A DNA stretch of 64,000 nucleotides from an uncultured virus (IMG/VR IMGVR_UViG_3300035034_001389) (lineage: Duplodnaviria > Heunggongvirae > Uroviricota > Caudoviricetes). This document shows, piece by piece, positions 1 through 8,067 of this stretch. Position 1 is the first letter of the stretch. Every line of letters starts with the position of its first letter. The position numbers and the translations under genes are program-made. Location: the IMG/VR virus record IMGVR_UViG_3300035034_001389; one strand, given 5' to 3'. The notes below the pieces were generated by a model. It did no database searches. It worked only from the letters and a program-made list of their open reading frames with translations, and was not told where the DNA came from.

Positions 1-116
1 AATTTTTTCTAACCCATCCACTAGTATACGCTTTCGACCATCATCGGTATATGTATCAGGACCAAAATTAGTATTTTCGAATGCTAATTCTATTTCATTA
101 TCTGTCGGCAAATTCA

Positions 117-512
117 TTATTTGTTATCCTCATCATTTATCACTTCAATAGTATTCATTTCCCAGTATTGCCATTGGTAACCCCGATTATCATCAAAATG
201 AACCGTGTGTGTCCTTTCAGATAAACCACCCGGCCCGAAATCCATAAGACCTCTAATAGTATCACCATCATATATTTCAACACCATTTTTATCTTTCCGA
301 CCTGTATACTGAAGATATTCGAAATGTATATCATATGTTAAATTACCAATATCGATAAACCCACCCGAACCAAAATCTATTTCAGGACCATCTTTAAATG
401 GAGAACGGGCCAACTCATCCATACTATATGAATGTTTGCTTATTTTAAATTCACTGCCATCATCCCAATCAGTAAACATTTTCAATTTAAATCTAATTTC
501 TCTAGATGCCAT
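117..512 (-). CDS. YopX-family phage protein
   Basis: N-terminal REIRFK and the YopX signature LQYTGRKDKNGVEIYDGD; AGGA SD upstream. Confidence 0.8.
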   Translation of the reverse strand: MASREIRFKLKMFTDWDDGSEFKISKHSYSMDELARSPFKDGPEIDFGSGGFIDIGNLTYDIHFEYLQYTGRKDKNGVEIYDGDTIRGLMDFGPGGLSERTHTVHFDDNRGYQWQYWEMNTIEVINDEDNK

Positions 513-539
513 GTATATATCCTATAATTAATATTTCTA

Positions 540-568
540 ACAGTAACAAAGTTTAATGTATATGTCAA
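540..568 (-). promoter_or_regulatory. Host sigma70-type (early) promoter for the YopX-like gene
   Basis: Minus strand TTGACA (568-563), 17-nt spacer, TGn-TACTGT (545-540). Confidence 0.6.
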
Positions 569-1008
569 TATGTTTTATAATATACTAATAAAAATAAACC
601 ATAGGAACCCCGTAAGCTGGTAGTAATCCTTTAACTGTATCATATAGATTTTCGTCAAATTATTACAATAACTTTAATTCCAATGTTCACTTCGCACTTG
701 ATTATATGGTTTAATAAATAACCAAATACTTATACCTAAAGGGGAAATTACCAGAGTATAACAATTGTTTCTAAAAAATAAATTTTAGAAATGGGAGTTA
801 CCAAACCCAAATGATTTAACATTACCAGCCTTAAAAGGAACTCTATATATCTCCTGACCATGATCCATAAGATGAACATCACCAATGGTGGCCGAATAGG
901 TGCGGGGTTGTTACAGATAAATCTGCCATGTTTCACACCTTCCCCTAAAAATCATTGAACCAGTTTTGTTTTTATTGTGGCATCAAAACACTCTTAAAAA
1001 TTCCACAT

Positions 1009-1755
1009 TTAAAATGTAGTTGTTAACTTCTCTATTGCATCATTAACATCATCATGCTCTTGTAACAACTTTTCTAGTATATGATACATGACCATACTAT
1101 CATTAATATCCTCAATAGGTTTAGGTATTGATTTACTTTCTAATATTTCATCCTCATGTATTCTCAGGAAGTTAACCCAATCCGTTTGAAGATCATTATT
1201 TTCAGTTAATGATTTGTAAATATCATGTTTAGTAAAACTACCACCCATCACACCCTCATTATTCCTATACTCAATCTTAGGCTTACGTTTACCAACATCT
1301 ACTGCTGGGTAAGTTAATCTTGCTGCCATCTTTTTTACAGATGATGGTGGCATAATAATAAATGTAATTTTGTGATCACATAGCATATTTCTGATTATTG
1401 TTCCTAATGCTACTAAGTCAATAATTGGACCAGAAGCTGAGGAATATGAATACCCCTCTATCAGAGCGATGGAATTATACGGATTTGTTATTTGTTTGTC
1501 AAGGAGTTCTGCTATATTATTAGCATAGGTTCGACAGAAATCTATTTTAGCTACTTCTAGATCAGAATATAAATCAATTTGATCGTATGCTTTATAGATG
1601 GTATGCAGTTCAATATGTTTTTGAGTTATATCAAACCATTTTTTTATTCTATTAGTCTTAGTCCATATTAAGTCGGATACTGCAAACGAGTGAGGATTTC
1701 CATTTATGACAATTGCGGTTGAACGTATTGAAGGGTCTATAGTTATTATATCCAT
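1009..1755 (-). CDS. RuvC-like (RNase H fold) Holliday junction resolvase/nuclease
   Basis: N-terminal IITIDPS, central IEGYSY, PPSSVKK and C-terminal EDINDS acidic motifs match RuvC-like phage resolvases. Confidence 0.7.
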   Translation of the reverse strand: MDIITIDPSIRSTAIVINGNPHSFAVSDLIWTKTNRIKKWFDITQKHIELHTIYKAYDQIDLYSDLEVAKIDFCRTYANNIAELLDKQITNPYNSIALIEGYSYSSASGPIIDLVALGTIIRNMLCDHKITFIIMPPSSVKKMAARLTYPAVDVGKRKPKIEYRNNEGVMGGSFTKHDIYKSLTENNDLQTDWVNFLRIHEDEILESKSIPKPIEDINDSMVMYHILEKLLQEHDDVNDAIEKLTTTF

Positions 1756-1806
1756 AAACCTATATAGTGTTAACTTATTATAGCGATCATATAATAAAAA
1801 TGTAAA

Positions 1807-2040
1807 TTATATTCTAAACATCGCACTTCTAATTTTCATTTCACGTTCTTCATTTTCTTCAATAAATTCAACAGCAATTTGCTTTTCAAATGGTGTTAAT
1901 TCAAATGATTCAGTATATCCTATACCTTTATGGTAATGGGATATTATAACACAATCCTTAACCAGTTGTCTAATCTGACCCTCAAAACTCTTTAACAGTT
2001 TATTAAGCTCTGTTATTCCACCGATTCTGAGGGTGTCATA
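1807..2040 (-). CDS. Unannotated gp51-like ORF (77 codons) with no start codon, probably reached by -1 frameshift from the gp26-like gene
   Basis: Hand translation YDTLRIGGITELNKLLKSFEGQIRQLVKDCVIISHYHKGIGYTESFELTPFEKQIAVEFIEENEEREMKIRSAMFRI*; resembles small gp51-like baseplate hub assembly proteins; opens at a T6 run in the -1 frame. Confidence 0.65.
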   Translation of the reverse strand, partial: YDTLRIGGITELNKLLKSFEGQIRQLVKDCVIISHYHKGIGYTESFELTPFEKQIAVEFIEENEEREMKIRSAMFRI

Positions 2041-2972
2041 AAAAACGTAATTGGGTTTAATAACGTTGAAATATTTCGTTCGTGGTTACACTTTGTATTA
2101 AGACATTTTACAGTGTAATCAAAGTTAGTACCCCATTCAACAGAATCACCTAATTGTTCATTTAACTCTTTTTTAAGTTTCACAGGAAGACCTCTGGCCC
2201 ATAGTGTGAGTTTTTCACGATTTGTTTCATCATCAACTGAAACAATTGCACTTGCTAATAGAAATGAAACATAATCAGTCATATCATCTAAGTTTAATGT
2301 TTTTTCATCATTTTGAAATTGATATGATGCTACTGAACTATCCAATTTAAGTGGAGTCAATTGTACCCTTTGGCCATTACTTAATGTACCTGAATATTTT
2401 GCAAATTCATCATCATCTACATTGACAGTATTGTTCTGTATAATACCTTCAAGGTTGATATCATATGAATGTTCCTGTGATTGTTTATTTCTTAATGTTT
2501 TAAGTCGGGTTTTTACATCAGAACTTGTCATTGCAGCTTCATATGATATATTTTGTTTTTTGGCCTTATCTCTTACCTCTTCCAAAAATTCAGTAACAGC
2601 CAAATCATTTTTTCGTTTTTGTTTTTCTTCACATACTGGACATCTGGTGTTTACTTGATATGTTCCACCATATGAAACTACACGTAAACATGCAAGGAGA
2701 AAGTCCACATCCCTTCCCAATAATCGTAATGGCTTATTAACTTCAGGTATACAACGTTTAAATACTCGATCTATTGCCTCACCAGTGAATAGAAATTCCG
2801 GTGATCTTAATGATATTTCATCAATTGTAGTCATTGGGAAGATTTCCAACTCACCATTAACCACATTTTCGTCAATCTCACCATCCATATAGAACAGACC
2901 CCTTGATGGGATTCTGAATCGTCTTCCCGGAATTCGGATTTTATCCATTATTGAACTTTCATTATTAGTCAT
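2013..2972 (-). CDS. T4 gp26-like baseplate hub / tail assembly chaperone
   Basis: IPSRGLFY, PMTTIDEI, DVDFLLACLRVVSYG, CPVC and CxxxxC zinc motifs, near-terminal FF; late promoter upstream. Confidence 0.75.
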   Translation of the reverse strand: MTNNESSIMDKIRIPGRRFRIPSRGLFYMDGEIDENVVNGELEIFPMTTIDEISLRSPEFLFTGEAIDRVFKRCIPEVNKPLRLLGRDVDFLLACLRVVSYGGTYQVNTRCPVCEEKQKRKNDLAVTEFLEEVRDKAKKQNISYEAAMTSSDVKTRLKTLRNKQSQEHSYDINLEGIIQNNTVNVDDDEFAKYSGTLSNGQRVQLTPLKLDSSVASYQFQNDEKTLNLDDMTDYVSFLLASAIVSVDDETNREKLTLWARGLPVKLKKELNEQLGDSVEWGTNFDYTVKCLNTKCNHERNISTLLNPITFFMTPSESVE

Positions 2973-3006
2973 ATCTTTATTTACCTCAATATTGATTGAT
3001 ACACCT

Positions 3007-3061
3007 TATTTATATCTGTGTATTAGTAGTGAAAAACGTAGTGTGGTTAGAAATATAAATA
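3007..3061. promoter_or_regulatory. Divergent pair of T4-type late promoters
   Basis: TATAAATA on the minus strand at 3007-3014 and on the plus strand at 3054-3061, between two divergent tail genes. Confidence 0.75.
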
Positions 3062-3087
3062 TAAGGATAAACCTTGGAAAATTATAG

Positions 3088-5595
3088 ATGCCTGAAGATA
3101 ATAACATGTTATTAAAGAAAATTGCTGATAGTACGGCAAGAACTGCCGATGCTTTGGCAAAGGGTAGAACTAAGGCTAAACCTGTATTTTCAGATGATGA
3201 TGAAGGTGGTAAAAAATCATCTGATCCACTATCAAAGGATATATTGTCAACTATAAAATCATTCAGACAGTTTAGAAAAGTTGCAGATGAAAACATCAAG
3301 TCACAAAAAGCCGCAATTGATAATCTTAAAGAAAGTAAAAAAGTACGCGAAAATCTTGATAAATTATCAGATGCATTTAAAGATGGCTCTGAACGTGGTG
3401 AAGAATTATCTAAGGTATATGATAAGAATAAGGCAGCATTTGACTCTCTGAATAGTACCCTTAAAGTTCACGGTATTAAATCTAATGAGTTAAATAAGGC
3501 ACTTTCTATGGCTGGTGGTGACATTGGAAAATTTAATGAAAAAATTGAAGGTATAGTTGGAACATTAGAATCAAACAGAAGTGGTCTAAAGAATGAATTA
3601 GATTCACTGCAAGATAGTTTCAGAACTGCTGCTAAAAGTCAAGTAGATGGTGCAAAGGCATCAATGTCAGGTATGGCTACAGGTTTAGGTACAGTACTTA
3701 AATCATTTAGTGATATTGGCCTTAGTACTATGGCCACTGGTTTTGATATTGGTTCTAACATGGAAGAATTCTCAAGTGATATGGGAAGTCTTATTAAGAA
3801 CTCAACATTAATGGGTGCATCACCACAAGAAGTTCAACAATTCGCAGCAAGAAATAGATCACTTCTTACAATGGCTGCGGGTGAAGCATTCACAATGGCA
3901 GGTGATGCTGCGGAGACTGCTAGAATATATGGTGATATGGTAAATAAAACTTTTGGAGTATCAGGCCAAGCACAATTAGATATGATTAGTAAAGGTATGG
4001 AAACATTATCCAATTTAGGTCAAGCAGTCACACCTGAAACATTTAATGCCTTTAATAATTCTATTAATCGAATGGCGAAAACATCAAACATGACCGCCGA
4101 TGAAATATATACACAGGTAAATGAATTATCAAAATTAGATGGTGTTAGGGGATTAGCTTTAAGTCTGGGACAATCTGCTAATACTGCTACATTTCTAACT
4201 GAATCATTCCTAAATCTACAGAAACAGACTGGATTAAATGCTGATGAATTTATGGAATATAGGAAAAAATTAGCACAAGAGCGAAATAGAACTGGTTCTG
4301 ATCGAGTTGTACAGGGTGCTATGACCGCACAATTAGCACAAAGTGTTGGTGGATTTAGTTCTGAAAATATTGGATTACTTGAACGCGGAATGGCATATCC
4401 AGAGTCATTAAAGGACGATCAACTTGCATTATTCGAAGAATTGAGGGTCCAATTAGGTAAATCTTTAGCTGAACAGCGACAGGAAGCACTTGAAAATGGA
4501 CTAACAGGAAGAGTTCAAGAATTAGATATTTTATCAAAACGTTCAAATGTTGAAGAGAGAGTAAGTTTACTTTCACGTGAGGCTTCGGGTGAAACAAAAG
4601 CAATACAGGATGCACAGGATGTGCGGGTAAAAGTAGCTGATGATGGTGCAGGTCCACTATTGGAAACTAATGCAGCATTGCGTGAATTTATTAATGGTTT
4701 TACAAACTCACCATTTGGTAAAGCCGCAGCATTTAGTGGTTTAATGACAGGTGCGGTAACGGCTGGTGTTGTTGCTGGTAATGTATTAACTGGTGGTGGT
4801 GGTGGATTAGCTAAGAGACTTCTAGGCGGGGGGTTGCTAAGGGGTGGACTTATAGCTGGCGTTGCAGTAGGTGCTTTTAAGGGTATACATGCTGTACAGG
4901 GTGCTATGACCACACAATTAGCAAAAAGTTTGGAAACTAATGCCGCATTGCGTAAATTTATTAATGGTTTTACAAACTCACCATTTGGTAAAGCCGCAGC
5001 ATTTAGTGGTTTAATGACAGGTGCGGTAAGGGCTGGTGTTACTGGTGGTGTTGCAGTAGGTGCTTTTAAGGGTATAAATAAGGTTTTACAGATGGACGAA
5101 AATGCACCAGCAATGGAGAAATTCTTAACTGGATTTGGCGAAATTGGTGATACATTAACATTTGGATATGCTAGTAAGGCTGGTGAATGGATTAGTGATG
5201 GATTAAGTAAAGATATAAATCAGGTCACGGGAAATCAGGATACTGAAAAGGTTAAATATAAGACAACTGATGTTAGTTTAGCACAACAATTAGCAAACAA
5301 ACGATCAAATGAATCTCAAATGCAACAGAAGTTACTTGCGGATGCAAATAAATTAGAAGAAAAGTTAAAACAGGAATCTGTTGATAATAATGAAACAAAT
5401 ATGGAGTTGGCCAAAGAGCAGAATTCAACGTTGGTAGCAGAGATACAACATGGTAATAATATTGCCAGTAAACAAGTCGGACTGATAGATAAGATCGTAT
5501 CTGACCAACCAAGAATATCTGTACTGACTGGTGGTTCTATGCCAACTAGAAGTTCAAAAGCTGTACGATTATCAAGTAAAAATAGGCGAGCTTAA
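3088..5595 (+). CDS. Probable tail tape measure protein
   Basis: 835 aa, Ala/Gly/Leu-rich and helical-looking, Gly-rich hydrophobic stretch; lies between the chaperone-like gene and the gp5-like gene. Confidence 0.6.
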   Translation: MPEDNNMLLKKIADSTARTADALAKGRTKAKPVFSDDDEGGKKSSDPLSKDILSTIKSFRQFRKVADENIKSQKAAIDNLKESKKVRENLDKLSDAFKDGSERGEELSKVYDKNKAAFDSLNSTLKVHGIKSNELNKALSMAGGDIGKFNEKIEGIVGTLESNRSGLKNELDSLQDSFRTAAKSQVDGAKASMSGMATGLGTVLKSFSDIGLSTMATGFDIGSNMEEFSSDMGSLIKNSTLMGASPQEVQQFAARNRSLLTMAAGEAFTMAGDAAETARIYGDMVNKTFGVSGQAQLDMISKGMETLSNLGQAVTPETFNAFNNSINRMAKTSNMTADEIYTQVNELSKLDGVRGLALSLGQSANTATFLTESFLNLQKQTGLNADEFMEYRKKLAQERNRTGSDRVVQGAMTAQLAQSVGGFSSENIGLLERGMAYPESLKDDQLALFEELRVQLGKSLAEQRQEALENGLTGRVQELDILSKRSNVEERVSLLSREASGETKAIQDAQDVRVKVADDGAGPLLETNAALREFINGFTNSPFGKAAAFSGLMTGAVTAGVVAGNVLTGGGGGLAKRLLGGGLLRGGLIAGVAVGAFKGIHAVQGAMTTQLAKSLETNAALRKFINGFTNSPFGKAAAFSGLMTGAVRAGVTGGVAVGAFKGINKVLQMDENAPAMEKFLTGFGEIGDTLTFGYASKAGEWISDGLSKDINQVTGNQDTEKVKYKTTDVSLAQQLANKRSNESQMQQKLLADANKLEEKLKQESVDNNETNMELAKEQNSTLVAEIQHGNNIASKQVGLIDKIVSDQPRISVLTGGSMPTRSSKAVRLSSKNRRA
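4660..5040 (+). repeat. 111-bp near-identical direct repeat (4660-4770 vs 4930-5040) inside the tape-measure gene
   Basis: Alignment by eye gives 3 mismatches in 111 bp, in frame, offset 270 bp. Confidence 0.9.
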
Positions 5596-5598
5596 TCA

Positions 5599-7257
5599 AT
5601 GGATGAAATAATACAGGGTCTATTAGATGATTTTATTTCTAATAGTTCAGAGAATGGAGATTTGGGTCCACTAACAGATGGACTGTCTGTAGGATTTGTC
5701 ATAGATGTTGATGATCCATTACAACAAGGTAGGGTTAAGGTATTTTGTCCTGCATATAATGATGACCCTAAAAAGATACAACATCTACCTTGGTGTGTAT
5801 ATGTGGCACCATATGGTGGTGTTATAAGCCAAACATCATATGCCCGAGGTAGTGATGAAAATAATAATACGAGTGACGGTCCAATACATTATGGATTCTG
5901 GGGTATACCTGAATCTGGTGCACATGTTTTAGTAGCATGTATTAATGGTGACATCAGAAGGCGTGTATGGTTGGGCTGTATGCCAAGTCACCAAGAAACC
6001 CATACAATCGGTAATGGTAGATTTAAACATGCTGATGGGGCTGTTGATGGACCTCTAACCTCAACTGGAAACCCAATTGAGCCAATTTATACTAATTTAA
6101 AATCTGCATTTAATGGTGATACATCATCAAGTGAATGGAAAACCCGTGGTGCAGAATATCAAATAGCAAGTGTAACATCACCACCATCACCTGAAAAGAG
6201 TGTTTATGTCGATGATGACCTAGATACAATTAAGGCTAATGAGGAAGATGAATGGGTTAAGGCTATTCTTGGTGAACATGGATATGATTGGACAGGATAT
6301 AAGAATTTAGGTGCATTTTTGGCATCCAGAGTTTATAACTGGTCAACACCCGGCTTCCATTCTATCACAATGGATGATAGACCCTTCAATTCAAGAATTA
6401 AAATTAGAACTTCTGGTGGTAGCCAAATAATATTAGATGATACTAATGAGCGAATGTATCTTTCAACAGGTGAAGGTGAAAGTTATTTGGAACTCGATAA
6501 TAAAGGTAATATTGATATGTATTCAGGTAATAGATTATCAGTACATGCTGAAAAAGATTTAAATTTTTCGGCTGGTGAATCAATACGATTTAAATCTGGT
6601 GGCTTTATATCAATGTATGCTGGTAATCAAACCGGCCAATCACCACTATCAGCACCATTGGCAGTCGGTGAAATACGAATACACTCTTCAAATGATTTGA
6701 ATTTAAAAGTTGATGGTAAGATGCAAAGCAATATTGATGGTGATTTCTTATCAACAATAGATGGTACTAGCAACATCACATTTGGTAGTGATATTAATAT
6801 AGGTGTTGAGGGTTCTTTTGGACTATCTACACTATCCGATATTAATTTATCGGGAAATGATGTCACATTTACTATTTCGGGAAAGGGAACAACAATAGAT
6901 ACACTAACTTCATTTTTAGATGGATTTGTTGACACTTATAATAATCATGGACATGTTGGTGCTGGTGTTAACTTAAATTTAGAAACACCCATTGAGCTTC
7001 CATCACCAGTAGCAATAACGGTAATTGATGACGATACTCAACTTGCACCTTGGACCAATAGGGTACCACAGCATGAACCTTGGCCTAGAGTCCTAATGCA
7101 GGATTCTGATGACACGGTGAATAGTGAAAATGATGGATATGTAAATAATATTGATTGGGTGGAGCAATATGATAATGTAGGTGAAAGTGGTAGGAAAAAT
7201 ATAGGTAAGGTTGAAGGTGATGTCACTATATCTCGTGGTAAATTCTGGAGAAGGTAA
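5599..7257 (+). CDS. gp5/VgrG-like baseplate central spike protein, no lysozyme domain evident
   Basis: OB-fold motif DDPLQQGRVKV...GFWGIPESGAHVLV, beta-helix-like repeats, HGH apex-like motif, RVPQHEPW. Confidence 0.8.
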   Translation: MDEIIQGLLDDFISNSSENGDLGPLTDGLSVGFVIDVDDPLQQGRVKVFCPAYNDDPKKIQHLPWCVYVAPYGGVISQTSYARGSDENNNTSDGPIHYGFWGIPESGAHVLVACINGDIRRRVWLGCMPSHQETHTIGNGRFKHADGAVDGPLTSTGNPIEPIYTNLKSAFNGDTSSSEWKTRGAEYQIASVTSPPSPEKSVYVDDDLDTIKANEEDEWVKAILGEHGYDWTGYKNLGAFLASRVYNWSTPGFHSITMDDRPFNSRIKIRTSGGSQIILDDTNERMYLSTGEGESYLELDNKGNIDMYSGNRLSVHAEKDLNFSAGESIRFKSGGFISMYAGNQTGQSPLSAPLAVGEIRIHSSNDLNLKVDGKMQSNIDGDFLSTIDGTSNITFGSDINIGVEGSFGLSTLSDINLSGNDVTFTISGKGTTIDTLTSFLDGFVDTYNNHGHVGAGVNLNLETPIELPSPVAITVIDDDTQLAPWTNRVPQHEPWPRVLMQDSDDTVNSENDGYVNNIDWVEQYDNVGESGRKNIGKVEGDVTISRGKFWRR

Positions 7258-7264
7258 CATCACC

Positions 7265-7272
7265 TATAAATA
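7265..7272 (+). promoter_or_regulatory. T4-type late promoter
   Basis: TATAAATA followed by an AGGAG SD and ATG at 7297. Confidence 0.7.
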
Positions 7273-7296
7273 ATTATAGATATTAGGAGAATAATT

Positions 7297-7677
7297 ATGG
7301 CATGCTTATCAATCGCAGAAACCGCAATCAACGTGGCAAAGGGGACAGCTTCATCAGCTAAATCATCTTATGATAGTGCATTGTCTTCACTGCGTGGTAT
7401 TAATCCTGAAAATTTCACAAATAGGGCAGATTTTGAAGCAGCAAAAAGTGCAGCAATAGCAACAGGTAAGGGTGCGCTTGACACATATATTAGTGGTATT
7501 GATGGTGTGAACTCCGCAGCAGCAGCATTAAGTATAATTAGTGGTTCCGACCTTGATGCATTGGCCATTACTAATGGTGCGGCTATGAGTGGTATACTGG
7601 CACTAATTCCTGATGGACCGGGTTCATTAGCTGCAATTGATGCCGCTGTTCTTGCCCAACAGTCATTACAGTGTTAA
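7297..7677 (+). CDS. Ala-rich hypothetical protein in the baseplate module
   Basis: Late promoter, strong SD, fills the gap between the gp5-like and gp25-like genes. Confidence 0.6.
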   Translation: MACLSIAETAINVAKGTASSAKSSYDSALSSLRGINPENFTNRADFEAAKSAAIATGKGALDTYISGIDGVNSAAAALSIISGSDLDALAITNGAAMSGILALIPDGPGSLAAIDAAVLAQQSLQC

Positions 7678-7689
7678 TTGGTTAATATT

Positions 7690-8067
7690 ATGGCACTGTA
7701 CAAGGGATTTTCTTTTAAAAATTGGAAAAATGACAAATCATTCACTCTTACGGATGTGGATATTGTTAAACGTGATATATTAAATCACATTTTTACTAGA
7801 AAGGGTGAACGTGTCGGCCAGAGAGGATTTGGTACCATTTTACAAGACCTCATCTTTGAACCATTTGATCAGGATACGATCACATTAGCGTCAGATCAGA
7901 TTAGATCAGTTATTGATTTCGATCCAAGAGTCGAATTACTATCTGACGATGACTATGTAGTATATCCAGACTTTGATAAAAGCTTTTTATTTATTTCTGC
8001 AAGATTATATTATATAGAATTAGATTTAACCGATATATTGCATATAAACGTGGAGTTTGAAATATAA
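7690..8067 (+). CDS. gp25-like baseplate wedge subunit
   Basis: DILNHIFTRKGERV...FGTILQDLIFEP...FDPRV; ATG at 7690 preferred over TTG at 7678. Confidence 0.85.
   Translation: MALYKGFSFKNWKNDKSFTLTDVDIVKRDILNHIFTRKGERVGQRGFGTILQDLIFEPFDQDTITLASDQIRSVIDFDPRVELLSDDDYVVYPDFDKSFLFISARLYYIELDLTDILHINVEFEI

Noticed and set aside
748..936. 62-aa minus-strand ORF as a real gene
   Set aside because: Atypical composition, no recognisable motif, and competing short frames; not supportable.
4660..5076. Diversity-generating retroelement TR/VR pair
   Set aside because: Mismatches are few and not confined to adenines, both copies lie in one ORF, and no reverse transcriptase is in the window.
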